The notes under the pieces were generated by a model, which had not been told where the DNA came from, made no database searches, and saw only the letters and a program-made list of their open reading frames with translations. Shown piece by piece: positions 49,756 through 58,846 of a stretch of 64,000 nucleotides of DNA; the stretch's first letter is position 1; each line of letters opens with the position of its first letter. The DNA comes from Candidatus Hodarchaeota archaeon (lineage in GTDB: Archaea; Asgardarchaeota; Lokiarchaeia; Sigyniarchaeales; SOKP01), in assembly GCA_048887225.1 (NCBI GenBank), contig JBHLJY010000001.1, forward strand, positions 1 through 64,000. Reading direction: 5' to 3'. Position numbers and translations under genes: made by a program.

Positions 49756-51072
49756 TTGTCCGCACTTATGAAACTTGCCAAGGATGGAAAAACCACAAAA
49801 GAAATGGGAATTGTAGCTCAGAACGAAAAATTAGAAATAGAGTTCATCCGGCGTGGAATTGCTAAAGGGAGGATTATAATACCTAAATCGAATCAAAGAG
49901 AGTTGGAGCAACCAATAGGTATAGGGAAGGGTTTATTGGTAAAAATTAACGCTAATGTGGGCTCATCGAAAACAATATGTAATGTGGATGCAGAAGTTGA
50001 GAAAGCAAAAATTGCCGTAAAATTCGGAGCTGATACTGTAATGGATTTAAGTACTGGTGTTACAGAGAAAGATGTAAAAAATATTAGAGAGCGAATTCTT
50101 AGTGAAGTCAATGTTCCGATAGGAACAGTCCCAATTTATCAATCTGCTTTAAGAGCTCTTGAAGGAAAAGGTGCCATTATTCATATGAATGAGGATGATA
50201 TGTTTAACGTTATAGAGGAACAAGCTAAAGAAGGAGTGGATTTTTTCACTATACATGTAGGAGTAACAAAAGAGATTGTAAATTATTTAATAGACCATCC
50301 CCGAACTATGGGTGTCGTTTCAAGAGGTGGGACTTTCTTAGCGTCGTGGATTTTAAAAAATGACATGGAGAATCCTTTTAATAGAAGATACGATTATTTA
50401 CTCGAAATGGCGAAAGAGTACGATTTCACTTTATCTTTAGGCGATGGATGTCGGCCAGGATCAATTTTTGATTCAACAGATTATGTTCAGATTCAAGAAT
50501 TACTAGAAATTTCTAAATTAGTAAAGCGAGCTTGGAATGCTGATGTACAAGTTATGGTTGAGGGCCCAGGACATATTCCTGCTCATCAAATTGAGCGTAA
50601 TATAAAAATTCAGAAGTCGCTCTGTAATGAAGCACCCTTTTATGTTTTAGGTCCTTTAGTTACAGATATAGCTCCAGGTTATGACGAAATCGTAAGTGCT
50701 ATAGGTGGAACAATAGCAGGATTAGCAGGCGCGGATTATTTATGCTATGTTACTCCCTCGGAACATTTAGGATTGCCAAATAAAGATGAAGTGAAAAGGG
50801 GAGTTATAGCTTCTAGAATTGCTGCTCACGCAGTAAATATCGCTAGATATGGTCAAAGAGCTTCAAATTGGGATTACAAAATGGATATTGCTCGAAAAAA
50901 TTTAAACTGGGAAGAGATGATAAAACATTCAATTGATCCCGAGTTAGCAAGAAAGATCCATTATCGAAACGGAAGTTCGATTGATGACGATGTTTGTAGC
51001 ATGTGCGGAGAATTTTGTGCAATAAAACTTCTTAAAGATACGTTAGAAAATAAAAAGAAATCTGAAAAATAA
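49756..51072 (+). CDS. thiC: Phosphomethylpyrimidine synthase ThiC
   Basis: KINANVGSS, ADTVMDLSTG, GTVPIYQ, VSRGG, EGPGH, CSMCGEFC; next to thiD. Confidence 0.93.
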   Translation: MSALMKLAKDGKTTKEMGIVAQNEKLEIEFIRRGIAKGRIIIPKSNQRELEQPIGIGKGLLVKINANVGSSKTICNVDAEVEKAKIAVKFGADTVMDLSTGVTEKDVKNIRERILSEVNVPIGTVPIYQSALRALEGKGAIIHMNEDDMFNVIEEQAKEGVDFFTIHVGVTKEIVNYLIDHPRTMGVVSRGGTFLASWILKNDMENPFNRRYDYLLEMAKEYDFTLSLGDGCRPGSIFDSTDYVQIQELLEISKLVKRAWNADVQVMVEGPGHIPAHQIERNIKIQKSLCNEAPFYVLGPLVTDIAPGYDEIVSAIGGTIAGLAGADYLCYVTPSEHLGLPNKDEVKRGVIASRIAAHAVNIARYGQRASNWDYKMDIARKNLNWEEMIKHSIDPELARKIHYRNGSSIDDDVCSMCGEFCAIKLLKDTLENKKKSEK

Positions 51073-51138
51073 TAATTCTATTCCACTTTAATTAGATTAA
51101 TTCTTCTTTTTTATAATATTCAAAAAATTAAATCTATA

Positions 51139-51984
51139 ATGGTTATAATTATGAAAAAAGTTTTAACAATCGCAGGTTCAGATTCAGGCGGAGGTGCTGG
51201 AATTCAAGCTGATTTAAAAACTTTTTCAGCACGTGGCGTTTTTGGAATGAGTGCAATAACAGCACTTACGGCTCAAAATACCATAGGAGTTCAAGGCGTT
51301 TTTGAAGTGACTCCAGAATTTGTTGGAGAACAAATAGATTCAGTAATGACTGACATGGGAGCAGATGCTTGGAAAACCGGCATGCTTTTAAATGCAAAGA
51401 TTATTCAAAAAGTTTCAGATCGAGCATCTCGATATAATGTTAAGCTTTTAGTAGTAGATCCAGTGATGGTTGCTAAAAGTGGTGATCCCTTATTACAATC
51501 TGAGGCAAAAGATACTCTTATCTCAAAGCTAGTTCCATTGGCTTATGTTATAACCCCAAATCTTCACGAAGCTAAAGTTTTAACAGGAATAAAAATACAA
51601 CATATAGAAGAGGCTAAAGAAACTGCAATTAAAATCCATGAACTGGGTGCTAAAAATGTGGTTCTGAAAGGAGGCCATTTCCCAGACACAGAGGAATCCA
51701 TAGACATTCTTTACAATGGTAAGGAATTTACTATCTTCCAAGCTCCTCGAATTAATACAAAAAACACGCATGGTACAGGATGCACTTTTGCTTCAGCAAT
51801 AGCTGCTGAGCTAGCTAAGGGATTCGATATAACAAAAGCAGTACATATTGCTAAAGCATACATAACAAAAGCAATTCAAAGAGCGGATGAACTCCACATC
51901 GGAAAAGGTCATGGTCCAACGAATCATTTGTTAGGTGATGTTATAGAAGTTGACCTTAATTTAATTAATGTTAAAAAAATATAA
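51139..51984 (+). CDS. thiD: HMP/HMP-P kinase ThiD
   Basis: TIAGSDSGGGAGIQADLKT, DPVMVAKSG, HGTGCT, GHGP. Confidence 0.95.
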   Translation: MVIIMKKVLTIAGSDSGGGAGIQADLKTFSARGVFGMSAITALTAQNTIGVQGVFEVTPEFVGEQIDSVMTDMGADAWKTGMLLNAKIIQKVSDRASRYNVKLLVVDPVMVAKSGDPLLQSEAKDTLISKLVPLAYVITPNLHEAKVLTGIKIQHIEEAKETAIKIHELGAKNVVLKGGHFPDTEESIDILYNGKEFTIFQAPRINTKNTHGTGCTFASAIAAELAKGFDITKAVHIAKAYITKAIQRADELHIGKGHGPTNHLLGDVIEVDLNLINVKKI

Positions 51985-52000
51985 ACTTTAAACCAAGAAA

Positions 52001-52576
52001 TTATCGCACGCGATCAAAAGCCCATTTTGCTTTCTCTGTTAATCCAAGTTTTTCGTATGATTTCCCAAGATACAAAAAAGCATCTGGAAATTTGTAAGTT
52101 TCTTTAATTATTTTAAATAAATGACTAATGGCTATATCATATCGTCCTTTAAAATAGAACGTTTTTCCTTTTAAGAAAGTAATAGTATAGCTCATATCTT
52201 TTGATAGATTTTGACTTTCAAGTACGTTTAACTCTTCAAGTACTTTATCGTATTCTTTTTGTTCTATTAAGCTTTCAATAGCATCAACCTGCTTTAAAAA
52301 TACCATTTTTTCTGCGATTTTTTCGATTTTTGTTCTTTTTTGCATTCTCATTTGCTCTTCTACAGATAAATTTTTTTCTCTCGCTTTTTTCTCAATGAAA
52401 TCTTTACTTTTAGCAACTATGTACGAATCGAAATCTCTATCACATAATGGACATTTTGGAGAATGAAGTAACCATTCTGCTAAACATGTATCGTGAATAA
52501 TATGTTGATTGGGACAATTATAGGTCTTATCAACACCTTCATTTATATCCATGTGACAAATTATACAAGAAGGCAT
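52001..52576 (-). CDS. RING-H2 finger plus TPR protein (putative E3 ligase)
   Basis: CIIC...CPNQHIIHDTC..EW....CPLC; C-terminal TPRs (FLKGKTFY, AFLYLGKSY); ATG 52576 preferred over track start 52606. Confidence 0.85.
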   Translation of the reverse strand: MPSCIICHMDINEGVDKTYNCPNQHIIHDTCLAEWLLHSPKCPLCDRDFDSYIVAKSKDFIEKKAREKNLSVEEQMRMQKRTKIEKIAEKMVFLKQVDAIESLIEQKEYDKVLEELNVLESQNLSKDMSYTITFLKGKTFYFKGRYDIAISHLFKIIKETYKFPDAFLYLGKSYEKLGLTEKAKWAFDRVR

Positions 52577-52746
52577 CTTCGGCTTATTGACCGTTAATTT
52601 AAACAATTGATAAAATATATAGTAAATTAATAAAATTAAATTTTTTAAACAATATGATTTACTAAGATTTTTTTACTAATACTTTTTTACTAATATTGAA
52701 CACGCAAAATGAATTCTTATACTTTTAATTTTGTGAGATTATTATT

Positions 52747-54312
52747 ATGGCATTAAATTTAACAAAATCATTTAACACATTATTAAATAATTTTTTAGAA
52801 AAGAATAAAGAAGTTGAAGCTATAATAGTTTCTGACAGAGACGGACTTATCGTAGCAGGGGAAACTTCAAAAAAAGTTAATGTAGAACTTATTTCTGTTT
52901 TAACTGCTGTCGTTAATCCAATTTTAGAACGAATTCGAGACGAATTCGCGTTTAAAAAGTTCGGAACAGCAAGTTTTGATACTGATGAGCATCGTTTACT
53001 ATTTGTTTCTGTTGATGAAAACGTAACTTTAAGTTTAGTATTAAACACATTAGCTTCGATTGATAAAAATTCGCCTTATGCATATTTTCTTGCAGAAAAG
53101 ACAGCTCAGATTATTAACGCCGATGAAGATGATGTAATTCAATTTGATATTCCCGATTTTGAATATGAAGGAGAAAGCGTTGAAAGAATAAAAGACCAGA
53201 TTTATCAATTAAGATTAGATACAGGTGGTAGATATCGGTTCAAATTTATCATAATTGGAGATCATTATGTCGGAAAGACGTCCATCGTGCGTCAATATGT
53301 TGATAAGAAATTTTCAAAAGATTATCGTGCAACGATTGGAATCAATATCTTATCTCATAGCTTTGAATTCTTTGGAAATGAAATAAATTTATCTTTATGG
53401 GATATTGGGGCGCAGCAGTATTTCAAACGTTTCAGACGTACATATTACACGGGAACACAAGCTGCTTTTATCGTTTTTGACCTAACTAATCGCGAGTCTT
53501 TTGAAAATGCAAAAATGTGGTTTGATGAATTAATAAATTTTATAGGGCGAAAGGATTTGCCTATTGTTATTGTAGGAAATAAAACAGATTTGAATGATCA
53601 AAGAGTAGTAAATTATGAAGAAGGAGTTAATTTAGCTACTAAATTGGCTGAAAAAGGAGTTTCTAAAATATCTTATATTGAAACAAGCGCCTTGACAGGT
53701 GAAAATATTGACGATGCGTTTAGTTTAATTTCCTATCATTATATAATGAAAAATAAAGAAGCAGAAGAAGAATTATTAAAGGATGCATTAATAAACGAAA
53801 TCAATTGTATTTTAACGAATAAGGATAATTTAACGCTTACCTTTATTACAGAAAACACTTTCTGGAATCCTGGCTTACAAATTATGGGTGAATTAAATAA
53901 GCTAGGAGAATATTCAAAAGTTGTAGATACTAAAGAAGAAAAAATATTTAAATATTCAAATGGATTAGTTTTAAAAAGTAATTTATTTGACTCTATAGAT
54001 TTATCTGATTCAGATGGCGCTTTTTGCATATTTGACGCTCGTGATAAGGAGCATATCGATCCTAAATGGAAGGATATCGTAATAAACATTATAGATAGCA
54101 TACAGGAAAATAAGGTCGTATTAATAGGTGTAAGAGTAGAAGCTGAAAAAATAGACTGGTCAATTTTAATGGAAGAATTTGACGTTAACGAGCAATTGGA
54201 AAAAAAAATGGTGTCGCTTTTATTCTTTAAGATTGGCATTGAATATCGCTTAGAGATCTATGATCAATTAGAAGTTATGTTAAATACCATAAAAACTATT
54301 AGTCAAAATTAA
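52747..54312 (+). CDS. Roadblock/LC7 - Rab-like small GTPase - degenerate G-domain fusion
   Basis: N-terminal AIIVSDRDGLIVAG roadblock; GDHYVGKT, TIG, WDIGAQ, NKTD, ETSA; C-terminal DGAFCIFD..VVLIG. Confidence 0.85.
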   Translation: MALNLTKSFNTLLNNFLEKNKEVEAIIVSDRDGLIVAGETSKKVNVELISVLTAVVNPILERIRDEFAFKKFGTASFDTDEHRLLFVSVDENVTLSLVLNTLASIDKNSPYAYFLAEKTAQIINADEDDVIQFDIPDFEYEGESVERIKDQIYQLRLDTGGRYRFKFIIIGDHYVGKTSIVRQYVDKKFSKDYRATIGINILSHSFEFFGNEINLSLWDIGAQQYFKRFRRTYYTGTQAAFIVFDLTNRESFENAKMWFDELINFIGRKDLPIVIVGNKTDLNDQRVVNYEEGVNLATKLAEKGVSKISYIETSALTGENIDDAFSLISYHYIMKNKEAEEELLKDALINEINCILTNKDNLTLTFITENTFWNPGLQIMGELNKLGEYSKVVDTKEEKIFKYSNGLVLKSNLFDSIDLSDSDGAFCIFDARDKEHIDPKWKDIVINIIDSIQENKVVLIGVRVEAEKIDWSILMEEFDVNEQLEKKMVSLLFFKIGIEYRLEIYDQLEVMLNTIKTISQN

Positions 54313-54579
54313 CGAATTTTTACAAATTTAACTCCTTTTTAGTATTATTTCCCTGTTTCTTGATTGTTTTTTATATATTAATCATGTTTTAATAAAAAAT
54401 AAGAGAAAGATAAAAATTGTCTATTCCACAAAATAAGTTCAGAACTGATAACAATTTGAATCATCGAATTAATTAATATTATAAAAATGGTGAATCACAA
54501 TAATTAAAGGATTCAGAGGAAAGTTCTTAAAAGTAAACTTAACTATGAATGAAATCTAAAGAAATTATCATAATCAACA

Positions 54580-55248
54580 ATGGCCAATAAAGAGATATTA
54601 AGGATTAGAGCAGATAAAGATCAAATTAAAAACATGTACACAAAATTAAGTAAGTTTTATGGACTTATTGAATGGTTTGAGAGGCAACTTAGGAAGAAAG
54701 CTATAAAATTTTTAAACCCTAGTAAAGGTGAAATTGTGTTGGAGATTGGTTTTGGAAGGGGCGCCTCTCTAGTCGAAATTTCTAAAGCTGTAGGTGAAAC
54801 TGGAAAAGTATATGGCATTGATTTAACTCCTGAAATGATCAAACTGTCTAAAAAGATATTAACAAAAAAGAGAATGTTAAATCGGGTAGAATTAAGAGAA
54901 GGAGATGCTCGACAATTACCTTATGAAAATAATGTGTTTGATGGGGTTTACATCGCAAGTACTCTTGAATTATTCGACACCCCCGATATACCCCTTGTTT
55001 TGAAAGAAATTAAAAGAGTATTAAAACCTAATGGGAAGTTATGTGTGGTAAGTATTCCGAAGGAAGATCGAGAGAAATCTTTTGGAGTTAAACTTTACGA
55101 ATGGTCGCATAGGACATTCCAAAAATATGCAAGTTGCCGACCGATATATGTTGAAGACTCTATAAAAAACACTGGATATAAGATAACAAAAACAGAAATA
55201 ATCGGTAAACTTTTTCCAATGAAAATTGTAATTGCCATGCCTTTATAG
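54580..55248 (+). CDS. Class I SAM-dependent methyltransferase (UbiE-like)
   Basis: VLEIGFGRG, GIDLTPEM, GDARQLPY, RVLKPNG. Confidence 0.88.
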   Translation: MANKEILRIRADKDQIKNMYTKLSKFYGLIEWFERQLRKKAIKFLNPSKGEIVLEIGFGRGASLVEISKAVGETGKVYGIDLTPEMIKLSKKILTKKRMLNRVELREGDARQLPYENNVFDGVYIASTLELFDTPDIPLVLKEIKRVLKPNGKLCVVSIPKEDREKSFGVKLYEWSHRTFQKYASCRPIYVEDSIKNTGYKITKTEIIGKLFPMKIVIAMPL

Positions 55249-55263
55249 TAATTTATTTCAAAT

Positions 55264-56325
55264 CTATTTCTTCAAAATAATCTTTAGTTTTTCTGAGATT
55301 AAATCTCCCATCTCGTTTGTTGATAGAGTTTTAAGATTAGGATTTTTAATATCAACAGTTCTACCTTCTCTAAGAGCCTCTTCAACTGCCATCTCAATCT
55401 CATTTCCTATTTTTGAGTTAAAAGATTCTTGCAACATTAATTTGATGCTTAAAATCGTGCCAATAGGATTTGCGATATTTTTTCCAGCTATGTCGGGAGC
55501 AGAACCATGTATAGGTTCGTACATAGAGACTTTATTTGGGTGAATATTCCCGCTTGAGGCCATTCCTAAACTTCCAATAAGAAATGCTGCCTCATCGCTA
55601 ATGATGTCTCCGAACATATTTCCAGTTACAACTGTTTTATATGCGTGCGGTGTTCGGATAAGCCATTGACAAAACGCATCAACATACACATCTTCTTTTT
55701 GAATATTAGGATAATCCTCACCTATTTCATGAAAAATCTTACGCCACAATTGGCTGGGTTTTAGAATATTAGCCTTATCCACTGAGGTTATTTTATTATG
55801 GCCCATTTTTTTTGCAAATTCAAATCCATATTTTATAATTCGTTCACAACCTTTACGGGTATAAAGCATTATGTTCTGAGCTTCATCTTCTTTTAAATAA
55901 CCAATATTTTTATAAAGACCCTCTGTATTTTCTCTAATAAAATATATATCGATACCATCACCAACAAATTCATCCTTCAAGGGACAACGATCTTTTATGA
56001 CGTCATATAATTTAACTGGTCGTAAATTTACATACAAGTCTAACCATTGCCTAATCCTTAATATCGCATATTCGGCAACGCCTTGTGGTAAACCTGGAAT
56101 CCCAATCGCCCCAAATAATAATGCATCGGAATTCTTTATTGTTTCAAATGATTTTTTAGGCAAACTATCTCCGTATTTCTTCCATATCGAGCCTCCTGCA
56201 GGAGCTTCTTGAAATTCAAATTCAAATTCAGTATAATTGTTGATAATCTTTAATATTTTAAGACCCTCGTCCACAACCTCAGGTCCGATTCCATCACCTT
56301 TACAGAAGGAAATGATTTTTTTCAT
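55264..56325 (-). CDS. leuB: 3-isopropylmalate dehydrogenase (isocitrate/isopropylmalate dehydrogenase family)
   Basis: GDGIGPEV, NLRP, RENTEGLY, VDKAN, NMFGDIISD, EPIHGSAPDIAG. Confidence 0.8.
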   Translation of the reverse strand: MKKIISFCKGDGIGPEVVDEGLKILKIINNYTEFEFEFQEAPAGGSIWKKYGDSLPKKSFETIKNSDALLFGAIGIPGLPQGVAEYAILRIRQWLDLYVNLRPVKLYDVIKDRCPLKDEFVGDGIDIYFIRENTEGLYKNIGYLKEDEAQNIMLYTRKGCERIIKYGFEFAKKMGHNKITSVDKANILKPSQLWRKIFHEIGEDYPNIQKEDVYVDAFCQWLIRTPHAYKTVVTGNMFGDIISDEAAFLIGSLGMASSGNIHPNKVSMYEPIHGSAPDIAGKNIANPIGTILSIKLMLQESFNSKIGNEIEMAVEEALREGRTVDIKNPNLKTLSTNEMGDLISEKLKIILKK

Positions 56326-56556
56326 TATAAGTTAGATCTCTTGAACTCTATTTGGTGTTATGAAATAATAAAGAACAGCGATTTAAGAGATTTTTTAAAA
56401 AAGTACCAAGGATGTCTAGAGCTAATTCTATAATGATAGTAATTGGTAAGAAAAATATTTGAATCATATGGGCGATAGTTTTGCATAGAAGGATTTTTAA
56501 ATATGATTATTCAATTATTTATTATCTAAAATTTAATTTAGAAAAATAATAATAAG

Positions 56557-58230
56557 GTGTCCAAAACGGATTATCTTATAAGAAAATACTATTTTTTGGC
56601 TGCTTTTTGTCTTATTCTTGTTATTTCAAGCGTAATTATCTATAATAATCAAGACAAGATGAGTATAAATCTGGAAAATTCCAACGACTCTGAGTTAGCA
56701 GTAGAACCACCCCGCTCAAGCGCGATATATAAAGTATTCTGGGAAAAGAATGGATCCGCAATTTGTAATCTATACCATACCGAGAGCCATGATCCTCAAG
56801 TGTGTTCTGACGGAGCTGGTGGCGCAATCATTGTATGGGTAGATAATAGGTCTGGAGATACAGATCTTAATATTTATGCTCAGAGAATTGATAAAAATGG
56901 AATACATAAATGGGGCGCTAATGGCACTATTATTTGTAATAAAGAAGGAAGTGTATATACACCCAAAATATGCAGTGATGGGAACGGAGGAGCAATAATA
57001 GCATGGTTAGATTACAGAACTACCTGTGGTGATATTTATGCTCAGAGAATTGATAAATATGGAAAGACAAAATGGGAGGCTAACGGTACTGTTATTCGTA
57101 ATGCACTTAACGACGCAAAAGATTTAAACATATGTGAAGATGGTAATTATGGAGCAATCATTGCTTGGTCAGACAGCCGAACTTTAATCTGGGATATATA
57201 TGCTCAAAAGATTACTTATAATGGTGATAAAGAATGGAAAGATAATGGAATCGTAATAAGCAATTCGACTATAAGTAAAGGTTATCTTGAGATGAAAGGA
57301 GATAATCAAGGTAATGCGTATTTTTGTTGGCAGGATAATGATGATTATGATATTTATGCCCATAAAATTGACTCAACTGGAAAGACTATTTGGAGGAATA
57401 ATGGAACCGTAGTATGTAATCATACAAATACTCAATTTAATCCTCATTTATGCATTGACGAAGATGGAGGTGCCATAATAATATGGGAAGATTGGAGGAA
57501 TGAATATGTGAGTAGTTGTGATATCTACGCTCAACGTATTAATTCAACGGGTCATAGGTTGTGGAAGGAGGGAACAAATGATTACAATGGAACAAAAATT
57601 TGTGATAATGCTAAGGAAGATTTTTCGCCTCATATATGCAGCGACAGATCAGGTGGCGCTATTATCGCATGGGAATTCAATTCGTCAATCTCAGGTGAAC
57701 TTGACATTCATGTTCAGAAAATCGATAAAAATGGGATTAGGAAATGGGGCAACCAAGGAATAACCATATCTAATGAAACTAGTGATCAAAACTACCCTCT
57801 TATTTGTAGTGATGGCTTCGGTGGTGCCATTATTGCATGGACTAATGATAACGTAGATCCATTGGAATATGACATCTATGCACAACATATAACTGCTGCA
57901 AAGACTCAAATGTGGGGCGCAAATGGAACTGCCGTATGTAATGCGATATATGATCAAGGAGAAGAACTGGATGTATGTAGTGATGGGCTTGGAGGAGCGC
58001 TTTTTACCTGGGGTGATTACCGAGTAGATGATATAAGCCACCAAGATATATATGCCCAGAGAATCGGATATCCCACATCCATAACTAAATATTTACCAAC
58101 CGCTGATGACGATGATGATGACGATGAAGAACAAGCTATCCCAGGAATTAATCCAATTACAATCCTAATCCCAATCTGCTGTGGTATAGGAATTACATAT
58201 ATTTTAATTCGAAAGCGATTAAAAACCTAA
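56557..58230 (+). CDS. Surface glycoprotein with eight beta-propeller-like repeats and C-terminal IPG-TM sorting signal
   Basis: N-terminal TM/signal; eight CSDG.GGAII.W...DIYAQ.I..W..NG repeats; poly-Asp, IPG, TM, basic tail. Confidence 0.85.
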   Translation: MSKTDYLIRKYYFLAAFCLILVISSVIIYNNQDKMSINLENSNDSELAVEPPRSSAIYKVFWEKNGSAICNLYHTESHDPQVCSDGAGGAIIVWVDNRSGDTDLNIYAQRIDKNGIHKWGANGTIICNKEGSVYTPKICSDGNGGAIIAWLDYRTTCGDIYAQRIDKYGKTKWEANGTVIRNALNDAKDLNICEDGNYGAIIAWSDSRTLIWDIYAQKITYNGDKEWKDNGIVISNSTISKGYLEMKGDNQGNAYFCWQDNDDYDIYAHKIDSTGKTIWRNNGTVVCNHTNTQFNPHLCIDEDGGAIIIWEDWRNEYVSSCDIYAQRINSTGHRLWKEGTNDYNGTKICDNAKEDFSPHICSDRSGGAIIAWEFNSSISGELDIHVQKIDKNGIRKWGNQGITISNETSDQNYPLICSDGFGGAIIAWTNDNVDPLEYDIYAQHITAAKTQMWGANGTAVCNAIYDQGEELDVCSDGLGGALFTWGDYRVDDISHQDIYAQRIGYPTSITKYLPTADDDDDDDEEQAIPGINPITILIPICCGIGITYILIRKRLKT

Positions 58231-58264
58231 TAATTAATTATTTTCCTTTTTTTAATTTTTCGTA

Positions 58265-58456
58265 ATGTTTGGATCAACATAAATCCTTCAACATTTTACT
58301 AGAAAGGATAATAATTCTCTTCGGACAGAGCTTGCGCTATTTATTTATGATCGAGATCTCTGATCTAATGGCTCGGTTTATATCACGTGGGCTTTCTTGT
58401 AGGACATCGCAATTTTGTCGAGCGGTCGATCTTTGAAAATTTATTAACCCAAACAT
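58265..58456 (-). ncRNA. Candidate structured RNA of unknown family
   Basis: ~24-bp terminal stem whose three mismatches are all G-U pairs on the minus strand, inner stems, AGC-GCAA-GCU tetraloop, GC-rich core, TTTAAA ~25 nt upstream. Confidence 0.45.
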
Positions 58457-58583
58457 ACTCTATCGAGAAATTTACGCAATCTTTAAATATTTGAACGAAA
58501 TATTATTATTTAATGGAGTTCATGTTAAAAAATATGAACTTTGCATTAAGAATTTTAAAAATATAATATGGAGGAATAAAAAA

Positions 58584-58796
58584 ATGGCTAAAAAAGTTTT
58601 TGCCTGGAGTCCAGTCCGTAAGTTAATGAAAGACAATGGTGCTGAAATGGTTGCTCGAGACGCTGTAGATGCCTTGATTGATTATTTAGAGAAAACTGCG
58701 AAAAATGTTACTAATAAAGCTTTAGAAATGACTCGACATGCTGGAAGAAAAAAGCTCACACTAGAAGATATGGGCCTGGCAATGAAGTTGATGTAA
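58584..58796 (+). CDS. Archaeal histone (HMf-like, full alpha3)
   Basis: FAWSPVRKLMK..GAEMVARDA...HAGRKKLTLED; GGAGG SD at 58570-58574 supports ATG 58584. Confidence 0.93.
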   Translation: MAKKVFAWSPVRKLMKDNGAEMVARDAVDALIDYLEKTAKNVTNKALEMTRHAGRKKLTLEDMGLAMKLM

Positions 58797-58846
58797 GAAT
58801 GGTAACAATCTACTTATTATAACAAATTTTTTTTTTATTTTATAAT

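Noticed and set aside
49756-51072. BzaA/B/F benzimidazole synthase instead of ThiC
   Set aside because: Direct adjacency to thiD favours ThiC; phylogeny would settle it
58265-58456. RNase P or SRP RNA identity for the structured element
   Set aside because: Only a weak AAGAAAGCCC echo of the RNase P GAGGAAAGUCC motif, no matching 3' P4 strand and no SRP helix-8 motif
58491-58583. 31-aa N-terminal histone tail from the ORF track
   Set aside because: A strong GGAGG SD precedes ATG 58584; the extension is AT-rich leader, not a K/G/R-rich tail
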